DNA of 63,669 nucleotides, counting the filler. It is 6 parts of 6 records of this genome, joined end to end, with 100 filler letters (N's around TTAATTAATTAA, not from the genome) between each part and the next. Parts side by side here need not be neighbours in the genome. Positions count along the whole stretch, not along the records: positions 1 to 24,034 come from SRR31156797_5140; 5 more parts are not named here. One strand, written 5' to 3'. The position numbers and the translations under genes were made by a program. This document shows positions 8,669 through 19,630 of this stretch, one piece after another. The stretch's first letter is position 1. Each line of letters begins with the position of its first letter. Below the pieces are notes generated by a model. It was not told the origin of the DNA. It saw only the letters and a list, made by a program, of their open reading frames with translations, and did not search any database.

Positions 8669-11600
8669 TTATTTGATAATCAGCTTCTCAGCGCTGATTC
8701 CTTTGTTTGTTGTGATCTCAACAAAATAAACACCTTTCATATAGCTGCTGGTATTTATCTTGAGCTCGTTTTCATTGACCTCGCGATTGAATACTACCTG
8801 ACCCATGTTGTTCATGATCTTTACAGATTCAATCATACCACTTACCGCAATATTCACTTCTTCTTTGGCAGGATTTGGATACATTGAAAGGGTTTCGAAG
8901 TTACTTTCGCCCATTCCGGTAAGCATTTCTGTTGATTCCCCACCTATTTCTGTATCAGGATAGAGGTAGAAGTTGATGGTTTTTGTAGCTCCCTGTGGTA
9001 CGAAAACACTATTCTGTGTAACAGGCATATATCCATCAGCACTACACACCAGGTTGTATTCTCCATAACCCAGATGCATGGAATAGTGACCACCAAATGG
9101 TGTGCTGTAAGTAACTGCACCATAATCAGAGTTGAGTGCTGTTACCCAAGCGGTTTCAATGGCCTGATTTGTGACTCCATCACGAATAAAGCCCTGAATT
9201 TTGCCTTCCATATTGCCAATTTCCACATGGCAGGGAGTGGCCATTCCTGATGTACCACCACCTTCATAAACCGCACACACTGAGAACCAGTGACTTCCGT
9301 CAGGACAATCTTCATACATGTAAGTCAGATCGGTAACCATTGCAGCAACCATTTCGCTATCCATATAAACATTGTATCCTTCTACATCACTGGCCATTGG
9401 AAGGGGTTCCTCCCATGTAAGCGTTACATCACTTCCAACCACGGTTGCAGCGATGTTTTGTGGCGGCTCATAATAGAGTCCGGCGCCTACAACAGCAGTG
9501 TAATCTTCAACCTCACCATAGCTGGATGATCCACAAGGAACAGGACTTGAAGAATATGTCATCCTTACGCGCATTCTGAATTGGCCGCTCTGCTGATCAA
9601 CAGGAGCAACAAGGTTTCCTGTAAATGTTTGACCCTGTCCACCTACATTGGTTAATACGAAGGTTTCGTTGGTTTGATCTCCAAATTCTTTATCCAGGTT
9701 CCAATCGATCCAAACTGTTACTTTATCGCTTGCCCATGCATTTCCGTTTTCAACGGTAATCGGCATATCAACACCTGGCTCGAGGGTAACTGTGATATCA
9801 GTATAATCGGCAACTCCACCTTGCCAACCGGATGAATTATCAATTTCACCGCAGATAACCTGCGCGATCCATTCATCCTCAGTGTTGGTTGAGGCTTCGC
9901 AATAATCACTAAACTCAATAGCTAATTCGTCGGACTGGCTTATGCCCATGTCAGCAGTCATATCGAGATCTAAAACGGCTGTGTGTCCGAATGGTGTGTT
10001 TGTAGCAGCAGTTACTGTGAAGTCTGCTGTACCATTGCTTTCCGGTAGCAGGTTACCAAGTTCCTGCGGATCCATTGTAAGCACAGATACATAAGGATCG
10101 CTGCCACCCAGATCGGCCATTACATTATAGGCATCTGATGAACCGGCATTTTCTACAGTAACTGTCATAACAACAGTTTCGCCCGGATCAAGGAATCCAT
10201 TGTTATTACCACTGGCATCATCAATGATGTATTCAACAAATTTCAGCTCAGGAGCATGGCCTTCAATTGAAAGGTAGCTTTCCCAGACATCAGTTCCGTC
10301 AGTAGAGCTAAGTTCGAGTGTTGCAACGTGTCCGTTAGGGATATTCTCATCAGCATCCAGTGCAAATGCATTTGCCATTGTAACTGTAGCATCCGGGTCA
10401 ACATCTCCAAAGAATTCTGTTCCGTCGGTAATGGTGATATAAGGATCGGAAGTAGTCATTGTAACCGTAACACCACTTGCAGTTTCAACACCAACATTCT
10501 TAACAGTCATGTCGAGTGTTACACTTTCGCCATAATCCAGCATACCGTTGTTGTTTCCGGTTGGATCGTTAATTTCGTATGAGTCACCAACTACGTAAGG
10601 ACCAGTTGGAGGGATTACATCAACATTGGCCTGGTAGCGGAAATAATCCTGCTTGGTAACAGTAACAACCATCACATTTGGCGGAAGTTGCGGATCGATG
10701 GAAATATTATTGGCACCACCGTTACTTACAGCAGTTCCAATGATTTCGCCATTAACAGTAAGTGCAATTAATGCACCTTCGTCAGCCACTACAGAAAATG
10801 TGCTTTCACCACTATAAAGGATCGGGTTATGTGTGACACTTTGCTGTTGTGGTACCTCTGTATAAACCTGCATGAAGGCACCGCCATGATGGTGGAAAAG
10901 GTGGTATGTTACTTCTTTGTTGTTTGTATTGTATGGCCAGTCGCTTTGCTGGAGGAAATATTTACCGGCAGCGTTTCCGAAAGCAGGAAGGAATCCGCGT
11001 TCTTCAACAGGTGCACCGTAATCAGGTAAAAACTCAGGATACATATTATCAAACATACCCCAAACGTAAGTATCGTTCACAAATGAATATGATGTTTCTG
11101 ATGCGGCAATCACACCAAGAGCACCAGCGTTCTGGCCACCCGAAGTGTGACGGTGGAATTTTTCAGCAAAGCACTCACTGCTCATGTTATATTTACCTGT
11201 GAGGCAGTTGATGGAAAATACGAAAACTAGCTCATTATCTTCTGTGTTTGTGAGCTGGTTGATATCGTTGCTTTGGAAATCAGGTTCGCCCCATCCGGTT
11301 GTTGAACCATGGTCGCGGTGTTGAAGTGCAAAAGCTCCGTCGTTAATAGCATCGATAACCATTTGTGTTGAGCCATTGTTCCATCCGCCAAGTTCTGTTG
11401 GTGTAGCCGGAATATATCCTAACCCGTTAGGACCAAAATAATTAACCACAGTAGAGGTATTCTGGTTAGTTGACCATGAGCTTCCCGGATTACCACTATA
11501 AATATTGTTGATTCGAACAGGTTCTTTATCTTTTACTTCCCTCCAGAAACCACCTACTGTTTCAGAGCAAATCTGGAACCAGCGTTCGGTTTGCCATCCC

Positions 11601-12787
11601 AGGGCTGTAACAGGCTTATTGTAGAAATCATAATCTGTTGGTGGGTTGGCTTCATAATCCAGCATTTTCGATACCATTATTTCGAGGTGCGTGGTATTTT
11701 GTGCTGTCATCCTGGCAAAGATGATGTCAGGCATATCGTTGTTATTTACGTCAGCAAAGATGTTGTCTGAAGCGCAATAACCATCCCAGATGGGTGAGGT
11801 AATTGAGGTATTGGCATCTGAACCATAGTCTGCCATAAGCAATACAGCAACCGGTGGCATATCCCATGTGTTATATGCATTATTAAACCAGTTTTCGAGG
11901 ACTGTTGGAGTGTTTCCACCAATTTCTTCGAGGGTTACAATGCCTGTATGGATACCCTGCATGATACGCCATTCTTTGATTTGCTCAGCATACGGAAGCC
12001 AGTCCGGACTGTTAGGAACAACAATTACATATTCATATTCATCGTCACGGGTCGACATACTTTGGATCCGCTTGTCATAATCAATTGTTGGGAGAGACTC
12101 AACGTTAAGTAAAGCGTCGGTGAGGATGGGATCAAACCAACGGTTACGCAGACGGTCATTACCAAAATGGCCGTTACCGCCTTCAAAGATCACTTCAATT
12201 TCGATATCACGATAAACAAGTAATTCTTTTGATGAAGGATTGTACTGGAAAGGTGTTACCCCAAGGATCACGACATCAACTCCCCTGATCTGGGTGAGGT
12301 CAGAAACAACAAATGGATTTGCAGGATAGAAAGCATCTTTTGAATATATACTTTCATCTTTTTCGATTACAAGTGGACCTTTATCTGTATCCAATGGGAT
12401 ACGTGGAGCAGGAGCCAATTCAACATTTTCGATGGTTTCAACCCGGTAGCTTTTAACATTTAGTATCGCTTCAGCACCCTGAGGAACAGCAATGTAACGA
12501 CTAAAACCAGGTACGTTTGGAGCACCTTCGTTATTTGGCAGGAATGATCCCGGCATTGTGATGTTTTTCATCATTTCACCTTCAACAGGCTGATCAACCA
12601 TGTTGAATTTTTCGATTGAGAAATTTACAGTAACACCCGAAGTGTTTTCCTGCTTAAGTGATATACCTGATTGTCCCCAGGCATCATCATACTGATAGGA
12701 CTGCGCATTTAGCGCTGCAAAGGAGCACACCAGTACAGCGAGTAAGGTGAGTTTAACTGCTTTGAAAGCTTTTGTAAAAAAATGCAT
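8669..12787 (-). CDS. C25 (gingipain-like) cysteine peptidase with propeptide, GEVED, FN3, carboxypeptidase-regulatory-like domain and T9SS CTD
   Basis: HRDHG and SINCLTG catalytic His/Cys; YGEVEDY; MYPNPA...KGVYFV...EKLIIK. Confidence 0.9.
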   Translation of the reverse strand: MHFFTKAFKAVKLTLLAVLVCSFAALNAQSYQYDDAWGQSGISLKQENTSGVTVNFSIEKFNMVDQPVEGEMMKNITMPGSFLPNNEGAPNVPGFSRYIAVPQGAEAILNVKSYRVETIENVELAPAPRIPLDTDKGPLVIEKDESIYSKDAFYPANPFVVSDLTQIRGVDVVILGVTPFQYNPSSKELLVYRDIEIEVIFEGGNGHFGNDRLRNRWFDPILTDALLNVESLPTIDYDKRIQSMSTRDDEYEYVIVVPNSPDWLPYAEQIKEWRIMQGIHTGIVTLEEIGGNTPTVLENWFNNAYNTWDMPPVAVLLMADYGSDANTSITSPIWDGYCASDNIFADVNNNDMPDIIFARMTAQNTTHLEIMVSKMLDYEANPPTDYDFYNKPVTALGWQTERWFQICSETVGGFWREVKDKEPVRINNIYSGNPGSSWSTNQNTSTVVNYFGPNGLGYIPATPTELGGWNNGSTQMVIDAINDGAFALQHRDHGSTTGWGEPDFQSNDINQLTNTEDNELVFVFSINCLTGKYNMSSECFAEKFHRHTSGGQNAGALGVIAASETSYSFVNDTYVWGMFDNMYPEFLPDYGAPVEERGFLPAFGNAAGKYFLQQSDWPYNTNNKEVTYHLFHHHGGAFMQVYTEVPQQQSVTHNPILYSGESTFSVVADEGALIALTVNGEIIGTAVSNGGANNISIDPQLPPNVMVVTVTKQDYFRYQANVDVIPPTGPYVVGDSYEINDPTGNNNGMLDYGESVTLDMTVKNVGVETASGVTVTMTTSDPYITITDGTEFFGDVDPDATVTMANAFALDADENIPNGHVATLELSSTDGTDVWESYLSIEGHAPELKFVEYIIDDASGNNNGFLDPGETVVMTVTVENAGSSDAYNVMADLGGSDPYVSVLTMDPQELGNLLPESNGTADFTVTAATNTPFGHTAVLDLDMTADMGISQSDELAIEFSDYCEASTNTEDEWIAQVICGEIDNSSGWQGGVADYTDITVTLEPGVDMPITVENGNAWASDKVTVWIDWNLDKEFGDQTNETFVLTNVGGQGQTFTGNLVAPVDQQSGQFRMRVRMTYSSSPVPCGSSSYGEVEDYTAVVGAGLYYEPPQNIAATVVGSDVTLTWEEPLPMASDVEGYNVYMDSEMVAAMVTDLTYMYEDCPDGSHWFSVCAVYEGGGTSGMATPCHVEIGNMEGKIQGFIRDGVTNQAIETAWVTALNSDYGAVTYSTPFGGHYSMHLGYGEYNLVCSADGYMPVTQNSVFVPQGATKTINFYLYPDTEIGGESTEMLTGMGESNFETLSMYPNPAKEEVNIAVSGMIESVKIMNNMGQVVFNREVNENELKINTSSYMKGVYFVEITTNKGISAEKLIIK

Positions 12788-13025
12788 TTTCGTTAGGATT
12801 TAGTTAGAAATTTTGTTAACTTATTATTAATTAACTATTTGAAAATATGAGCGATAATACTATTTTGAATTTGAGTCCGCTAAAATAGAAAAAATGTTAA
12901 ATACATCTAGTATATCTCCCTATTTAAACTGGATATATTTAAGGATGTAAATATTTCATTTTTAAGGGTATACAACCGTCAGAAAGTAAAGCAGGAAAAT
13001 TATATCCTTATCAACTACTTGTGAT

Positions 13026-15812
13026 CTAATGCGCCTCCAACCAGTTATTTCCGGTATTCATATCCACCACTACCGGAACCTTAAGTTCGATGGCATTTTT
13101 CATGTTTTGCTCAACAATGGGTTTGAGTTTATCCAATTCATCTTTGGCAGCATCAAACACCAGTTCATCATGTACCTGTAAAATCATTTTTGATTTCAGG
13201 TTCTGTGACTCCATTTCATTAAAAATCCTGATCATGGCAATTTTGATCATATCCGCCGATGAACCCTGCACCGGTGCATTGATTGCGTTTCGTTCGGCAA
13301 ACCCACGAACGGTTGCATTCCCTGAATTGATATCCTTGAGGTAACGACGACGCCCCATAATGGTTTCCACATACCCATGCTCTTTGGCAAAAGCAATGTT
13401 GCTGTCCATGTATTTTTTTACACCCGGATATTGCTTAAAATAATTCTCTATAATGTCCCGGGCTTCACTGCGCGGAATGTTCAGACGCTCTGAAAGCCCA
13501 AAAGCAGAGATGCCATATACAATTCCAAAATTCACCGTTTTGGCGTTGCGCCGCATATCCTTGGTTACATCATCAGGACTAATTCCATACACTTTTGCTG
13601 CCGTTGCTGTATGGATGTCCATGCCTTCCACAAAAGCTTCCATCATGGCCGGGTCCTCGCTCATGTGCGCAATCAGGCGTAGCTCGATTTGTGAATAATC
13701 GGCTGCAAGCAATATCTTATCCTCATTTCCAGGCACGAATGTTTTGCGAATCTCACGTCCTTTTTCGGTACGAATCGGGATATTTTGGAGGTTTGGATTT
13801 GTAGAGCTCAGCCGGCCGGTTGCTGCCACAGCCTGGTTATAACTGGTGTGGATACGGCCATCCCTAGGATTGATCAACTCAGGAAGTGCATCCACATAAG
13901 TTGACTTAAGCTTGGTGAGTGAGCGGTAATCCAGAATTTTTGTGACGATACCATGTTTCTTTTCGAGTTTGGAAAGTACATCCTCGCTTGTTGAATATTG
14001 CTTGGTTTTGGTGAGCTTGGGTTTATCCGTGATTTTGAGTTTCTCGTAAAGAATTACACCCAACTGTTTCGGTGAACCCACATTGAACTGCTCACCGGCC
14101 ATTTCAAAAATTTCCTTTTGCACCACTTCAATCTCTCCTTTTAGCTGGTTCGAAAAGCTCTTCAGCGTTTCAATATCCAGATTCACGCCCTCGGCTTCCA
14201 TACTTCCCAAAACGGGCAGCAACGGTATTTCAATTTCATCAAACAATTTCCTGACCTTTCTTTCATCGAGCAGTGGTTCCAGCTTTTTGTAGAGCTGAAG
14301 GGTGATGTCGGCATCTTCGGCCGCATAATCCAGAACTTTTTTAGGATGCTTTTCCCAGGCCTGGCGCATGTTGAGTTGCCTGGCACCTTTCTTCCCGGTC
14401 ACATCCTCGTAACTCATGGTTTTGTATTTCAGGTAGTGATCAGCCAGAAAATCCATATTGTGCCGCAAATCCGGTTCTATAAGGTAATGCGCCAGCATAG
14501 TATCGAACAATTTACCCTTTACATCCACACCATACCACTTAAGTACGGCAATGTCAAATTTCAGGTTCTGTCCGATTTTTTGGATGGATTCATCCTCCAG
14601 GACATCTTTCAGTTCGGCCACAATTTGTTTGGCCTCCTCCTGGTCTTCCGGGATGGGGAGATAGCAGGCTTCATGGGGTTTTAAAGCAAATGACATCCCT
14701 ACCAGTTCGGTATTATTGGGATCGATACCGGTGGTCTCCGTGTCGAAACAATACGATTTTTGCTTTTTGATTTCCGAAATGAGTTTTTCCCTTTTGTTGC
14801 GGTTATCCACCAGGTAATAGTTATGATTTGTAGTTTCGATGCTGTTAAGGGTTTCAACTTCCACCCCGGCCTGACTGAAAAGATCCTCCTGTTTTTCTGC
14901 AGCCTTTGCAACCTTTTCACCTCCCTCAGCCTTAAAGAAATCAAAGATCCGAGCACCATAGGTTCTGAATTCCAGCTCCAGGAACAATTCTTTCAAGGCC
15001 TCAAAATCAGGCATAGAAACCTTTAAATCATCAGGATTGAAGTCGATGGGTACATCCAGATCGATGGTAGCGAGTTGTTTGGATTCCAGTCCTTGTTTGG
15101 CAAAATCCTTTACATTCTGCGCCATTTTACCTTTCAACTCATCAGCGTGTTCAATCACACCTTCCACACTGTGATATTGTTTCAACAGCTCCTTGGCTCT
15201 TTTTTCGCCAATACCCGGAATTCCCGGAATATTATCCGATGAATCTCCCCACAAACCCAAAATGTCAATCACCTGCTCCGGCCTTTCGATCTCAAATTTT
15301 TCACAAATTTCCTTTACTCCAAGTACCTGCGCCTTATTGCCCATGTAAGCCGGTTTATACATAAAAATATTATCTGAAACCAATTGTCCAAAATCCTTAT
15401 CGGGCGTCATCATATAGGTTGTGAATCCTGCCTTTTCAGCTTTTTTCGAGAGCGTGCCTATCACATCATCGGCTTCGTAGCCATCAACAAAGAGCGCCGG
15501 GATGTTAAACCCCTCTATCAGCTTATAAATGTATGGGATGGCTTTGGCGATATCCTCAGGCATTTTTTCGCGATTGGCCTTGTAATCAACATAGCCTTCA
15601 CTACGGATGGTCGGCGCAAGAGTATCGAAAGCCACACCGAGATGGGTGGGTTTTTCGTTGCGGATGATATCGAAAAGTGAATTGGAGAAGCCAAGCACCG
15701 CAGAGGTATTGAGGCCTTTGGAATTGATCCTGGGGTTTTTATTTAATGCGTAATAAGCCCGGTAAATGAGAGCCATGGCGTCGAGCAGGAACAAGCGTTT
15801 GTTTTCAGACAT
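13026..15812 (-). CDS. polA: DNA polymerase I
   Basis: 5'-3' exonuclease LLDAMALIYRAYY; FDTETTG; TGRLSSTNPNLQNIP; ADYSQIELR; QVHDEL. Confidence 0.98.
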   Translation of the reverse strand: MSENKRLFLLDAMALIYRAYYALNKNPRINSKGLNTSAVLGFSNSLFDIIRNEKPTHLGVAFDTLAPTIRSEGYVDYKANREKMPEDIAKAIPYIYKLIEGFNIPALFVDGYEADDVIGTLSKKAEKAGFTTYMMTPDKDFGQLVSDNIFMYKPAYMGNKAQVLGVKEICEKFEIERPEQVIDILGLWGDSSDNIPGIPGIGEKRAKELLKQYHSVEGVIEHADELKGKMAQNVKDFAKQGLESKQLATIDLDVPIDFNPDDLKVSMPDFEALKELFLELEFRTYGARIFDFFKAEGGEKVAKAAEKQEDLFSQAGVEVETLNSIETTNHNYYLVDNRNKREKLISEIKKQKSYCFDTETTGIDPNNTELVGMSFALKPHEACYLPIPEDQEEAKQIVAELKDVLEDESIQKIGQNLKFDIAVLKWYGVDVKGKLFDTMLAHYLIEPDLRHNMDFLADHYLKYKTMSYEDVTGKKGARQLNMRQAWEKHPKKVLDYAAEDADITLQLYKKLEPLLDERKVRKLFDEIEIPLLPVLGSMEAEGVNLDIETLKSFSNQLKGEIEVVQKEIFEMAGEQFNVGSPKQLGVILYEKLKITDKPKLTKTKQYSTSEDVLSKLEKKHGIVTKILDYRSLTKLKSTYVDALPELINPRDGRIHTSYNQAVAATGRLSSTNPNLQNIPIRTEKGREIRKTFVPGNEDKILLAADYSQIELRLIAHMSEDPAMMEAFVEGMDIHTATAAKVYGISPDDVTKDMRRNAKTVNFGIVYGISAFGLSERLNIPRSEARDIIENYFKQYPGVKKYMDSNIAFAKEHGYVETIMGRRRYLKDINSGNATVRGFAERNAINAPVQGSSADMIKIAMIRIFNEMESQNLKSKMILQVHDELVFDAAKDELDKLKPIVEQNMKNAIELKVPVVVDMNTGNNWLEAH

Positions 15813-16022
15813 GATGAAAGTTTTGATTTCAGCAAATGTAAGGGATTTTCGACTTTCGGAAGCAGGTAGTTGATTGGTTATTCGTTATATTTTCCGAAGC
15901 TTGTCCCCTCCGTCGAAAAGCTAATAATTGTCAGACATATTAAATAGCTTTTAAAGACTCAATTGAATTCTTTTTACGGGATTTCATTTTTGGAAACAAC
16001 CAAAACTATCTGACAGTTTTGA

Positions 16023-16688
16023 TTATTCCCATAGCAATGTCCGGGTAGAAAATCCACCAAGTTTAACCTGCCAGACAAGCATTGTTTCGTTGCCGAACTT
16101 TTTGGATCCTTTAATCACGTAAAATATTTCAGAAGAAGACAGGTGATCAATCTGATTATGGGTGCCAATTGTTGTCCGGACATAAGCCAACTCACCGGCA
16201 TATTTGTTTTCACCGGTTCGCTGCAAGGGTGTTTCAACCCGAACCGAATCTATTGAAGTAATAAGATACTCAGTTGAATTATTGAGATAACCGTTTACAC
16301 TTTGCTCAATTAAAACAGACTCCAGGTTGTCTTCATAATTTGATTCCCTGTTACCCTCATCATTGTACATGAATCCTGTTACAGCATTTGTAACATAACT
16401 TTGCAGCAAAAGCCTTCCTATTGTTTCCCTGTAGTCCATGTCCAAAGTTGTATCAGAAATAAGTTTGCGATAATCATGAACATCGTAGAGTAGCTGAATA
16501 GCTTTTTGCTCATGGGCAAATTGTTCTGCTTCGGTGAGGTATTCTGATGAGAAATCTTTCAGGATTTCCTGCTTCATATCAAAAATTTCCTGCTCATCGG
16601 TAACTGTATTTTCCTCATCGCATGAGGGAGCGGTAATCACAAAAATGATCACTATGGAAACGGCTATTTTTAAGATTTTACTCATCAC
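16023..16688 (-). CDS. Hypothetical lipoprotein
   Basis: Hydrophobic leader then APSC; start overlaps the end of 16678-17631. Confidence 0.65.
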   Translation of the reverse strand: MMSKILKIAVSIVIIFVITAPSCDEENTVTDEQEIFDMKQEILKDFSSEYLTEAEQFAHEQKAIQLLYDVHDYRKLISDTTLDMDYRETIGRLLLQSYVTNAVTGFMYNDEGNRESNYEDNLESVLIEQSVNGYLNNSTEYLITSIDSVRVETPLQRTGENKYAGELAYVRTTIGTHNQIDHLSSSEIFYVIKGSKKFGNETMLVWQVKLGGFSTRTLLWE

Positions 16689-17631
16689 CTGATGTTTTAA
16701 CCATAAACCGCAATAAAACTATTTTATCATCCTGAAAGCGGGTTTCGAGCACTTCAATACTTTTTAAGCTGCCGGATGGAACAGACAATTTATCTATAAA
16801 CTCAGATTTGTTATACAAAGCCATCCCAAGCTTTTCATGCTCATTAAGCACCTGGTAAATGATGGCATCATCATCGATTACCTGGCCGAGGTATTCCCGC
16901 CTCTGTTTCCAATCGTCCACATTTTGCTCTGAAAATGATCGGATTACCAGCGCATAGTCGTTTGGGTAAAGCGGAATAGAATGCTGTTTTTCGAAATTCC
17001 TCAGCACCTTTTTTATGGTATCTTTTTTATAGTACGGTGCGTTCACTGTAAATTCGATCAAGCTTTCGGTGGTTGTTATGGCAACCATACCGGTTGAATC
17101 TGCCAGAAATGTTTCGTACGAATCATCGTTATACAAAACCTCAAGTGTGATATCCCTCCCGGATAAGGGCTGCCGCGTGTAAGCATCATAAAACGTAATT
17201 TCAACAGTCCGGCTGCTGAATACCATAAACAGCAGGTACAGAAGCCCGGATATCACGATCAAAACAACCGGAACAATAATGAACATCTGGTTTGCCCTGG
17301 AAACCCGTTTTTTCTTTTCAACTGTTGGTGATTTACCGTGCTTAAAAACGAAATCGTCCCAATTGGCATACCCAACATATTTACTCAAAAAGTTCAACAC
17401 ATCAATCCGTGGCAAGCTATCCTTATCCTTTTTAATGTGATTGTAAAACCATTTTTCGCTGATCCGGGCATTCACCTTGTCTAAGAGTTCCTCCTGAAAA
17501 TCGGTGATCTCCTGGCCTTTCCACGCTTTGATGTTAGGATTTATTCCCGGATATGTGGCTTGCATAGTGGCAACTATTTTTTGCTTCAGCAAATTGAAAT
17601 ACATGATATTCTCTGCATGCAAAGCTGACAT
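16678..17631 (-). CDS. Bitopic membrane protein with conserved N-terminal helical (possibly DNA-binding) domain
   Basis: WKGQEITDFQE...ISEKWFY...PRIDVLNFLSKYVGYANWDDF, one TM helix, then a periplasmic domain; start moved to ATG 17631. Confidence 0.65.
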   Translation of the reverse strand: MSALHAENIMYFNLLKQKIVATMQATYPGINPNIKAWKGQEITDFQEELLDKVNARISEKWFYNHIKKDKDSLPRIDVLNFLSKYVGYANWDDFVFKHGKSPTVEKKKRVSRANQMFIIVPVVLIVISGLLYLLFMVFSSRTVEITFYDAYTRQPLSGRDITLEVLYNDDSYETFLADSTGMVAITTTESLIEFTVNAPYYKKDTIKKVLRNFEKQHSIPLYPNDYALVIRSFSEQNVDDWKQRREYLGQVIDDDAIIYQVLNEHEKLGMALYNKSEFIDKLSVPSGSLKSIEVLETRFQDDKIVLLRFMVKTSGDE

Positions 17632-17659
17632 ATGTTTTAAATAGTTGGTAGTAAAATAG

Positions 17660-17677
17660 TTGTAATACGTTTTACAA
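17660..17677. promoter_or_regulatory. Palindromic operator candidate TTGTAA-N6-TTACAA
   Basis: Perfect inverted half-sites in the divergent intergenic region. Confidence 0.5.
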
Positions 17678-17810
17678 TTGTTTGACAAGATAAATTCAAA
17701 CGGACAATCCCGCCAGAATCTACTTTTATCCCAGGTTTTGATTGCAAACAAATATAATTCATTTTCGAGGAAAAACCTTGAATTCATAAAATTAAACAGG
17801 AGGAAAAAAC

Positions 17811-18935
17811 ATGAAAAAAGCAGAAACACATTCTAAAAACATCTTGCTAAATGTATCCATCATTGCTGTGTTTGCCATTTGTTTCACACAAATTTCCTGC
17901 AAGGCCGAACAGGAAAATGATGAAGAAGATGTTGCAACATCCGCATGGGACCTCAGGATGAATGGCAAAGCCGACGAAGCAAAACTGATTTTGCAGGAAT
18001 ATACAGCAAAACATCCTGATTATGCCACGGCCTGGTATGAACTGAGCCGGGCAACGCACCATATTGGGTTGTCTGATCCCCAAAATCTGGAAACCAGCAT
18101 TACCGATGCATTGAGCTACATTGAAAAAGCTGTTGAACTGGAACCGGACAATGCCAAATTCCAAAATTACATGGGAAACCTTGTAACCCTGAAATTTTAC
18201 ATGAACCTGAAGTTTGGCAAGAGTGATATAAAAACATCCCTGGAGGAGATGGAATCCGTTTTCACCAGGACTTTTGAGCTGGACAACTCCTATACAGAAG
18301 GGATAATTACGCTGGTGGAATTTTATGGCGGTTTACCTGGTGGCAATGGAGGCGACAGGGAAAAAGCTGAAAATTTTACGGCAATGCTTGAAAGTACTGA
18401 ACTGGTTGCAGGTGCAAAAGCACTTGAAATACTCATGCCGGAGGATGCTGATTACATTGAGTTCTGGACAAACATAGTGGAAATGGCACCCAACAATCCG
18501 GATGCTCACCAGGCTTTGGGACGAATATATCTTTTTAATGAGCAAATTAAAAATGCTGAAACCTGTTACACCGATGCAATGGCAATCGATCCGAAAAAAA
18601 ACACATGCCTGCTTGACCTTGGAAGATACTTCCTGATGATGGCCATGCAAAATCCTGCCATACTTGAATCTGTGGGCCCAACCATCAAAATACATTTTGA
18701 GGAATATTTAAACTCAAAACCCGAACCCTGTAATCCTATGCAAGCCTGGACATACAGCAAGCTGGCCATGGTAGAGAACTACACAGGAAATACTGAAGAT
18801 GGTGAAAATTATACAAACAAGGCAAATCTACTTGATCCTTTTCATTCACCGGCTTTTGGCAAACCCAGCATGCTGATCTTTGCCCATCCTTATGAAGAAA
18901 TGCACGAGCAGGGATATTATCTTTCACCATTTTAA
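17811..18935 (+). CDS. TPR-repeat lipoprotein
   Basis: QISC lipobox; AWYELSR, AVELEPDNA, AHQALGRIY TPR-like motifs. Confidence 0.75.
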   Translation: MKKAETHSKNILLNVSIIAVFAICFTQISCKAEQENDEEDVATSAWDLRMNGKADEAKLILQEYTAKHPDYATAWYELSRATHHIGLSDPQNLETSITDALSYIEKAVELEPDNAKFQNYMGNLVTLKFYMNLKFGKSDIKTSLEEMESVFTRTFELDNSYTEGIITLVEFYGGLPGGNGGDREKAENFTAMLESTELVAGAKALEILMPEDADYIEFWTNIVEMAPNNPDAHQALGRIYLFNEQIKNAETCYTDAMAIDPKKNTCLLDLGRYFLMMAMQNPAILESVGPTIKIHFEEYLNSKPEPCNPMQAWTYSKLAMVENYTGNTEDGENYTNKANLLDPFHSPAFGKPSMLIFAHPYEEMHEQGYYLSPF

Positions 18936-19012
18936 AAAGTAAATTATCAAACCAAAAAATATAGGTATATTTGATATGTTGCACTTTAAACAAAAAATGG
19001 AGGAACCTAATT

Positions 19013-19417
19013 ATGATTGAACATGTTCATAAACACATCACCAAAGAATTGCAGCAGAATACCCGCACCGACATTATTTTCATACTAACATCCATCCTCC
19101 TCAACCTGATCACTTTGGCCATAAATTCGGGAATGTCAGAGGAATCGCGTACAGACAATGCCATGCTCATCGTGATGTTTGTGTTTGTTGGTTTGATAGT
19201 CCTGGTAAATATTGTAGTGGTTATTGGATTACTGAAAGGCAAACAAACCCGCGAAAAATTACTCAACGGACTAATGGAAATGTACAAGGATAAGGAAGTG
19301 GATAAGTATTACGATTTCACGCTGTTAGGGAATTACAATATGCGGTATAACCTCTTTATCATGGTTGTGATTTTTACGGGAGTAATCGCTACAATTGTGC
19401 CATTTATTTTAAGATAA
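19013..19417 (+). CDS. Hypothetical 3-TM membrane protein
   Basis: GGAGG upstream of ATG 19013; three hydrophobic segments. Confidence 0.7.
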   Translation: MIEHVHKHITKELQQNTRTDIIFILTSILLNLITLAINSGMSEESRTDNAMLIVMFVFVGLIVLVNIVVVIGLLKGKQTREKLLNGLMEMYKDKEVDKYYDFTLLGNYNMRYNLFIMVVIFTGVIATIVPFILR

Positions 19418-19446
19418 TCCTCATATCCGCAAGATGGGTGGAAGTA

Positions 19447-19508
19447 AGTTATGGGTTAATAGTTATTGGTTTCCGTTACTATTAACCAATAACGAATAAC
19501 TATTAACT
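19447..19508. repeat. Heptamer-repeat palindrome
   Basis: GTTAATAGTTATTGGTT ... AACCAATAACGAATAACTATTAAC. Confidence 0.55.
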
Positions 19509-19630
19509 ATCCGGTACTTGGTGACACTTCTTCCGGTAGCAGTTTTATTTTTTCAGGGATTTGAAATTACTGCACGGAATTGATTTACTTCGTATGAAAT
19601 TTCAATGACTTTCATCGTTTATCCTATTAC

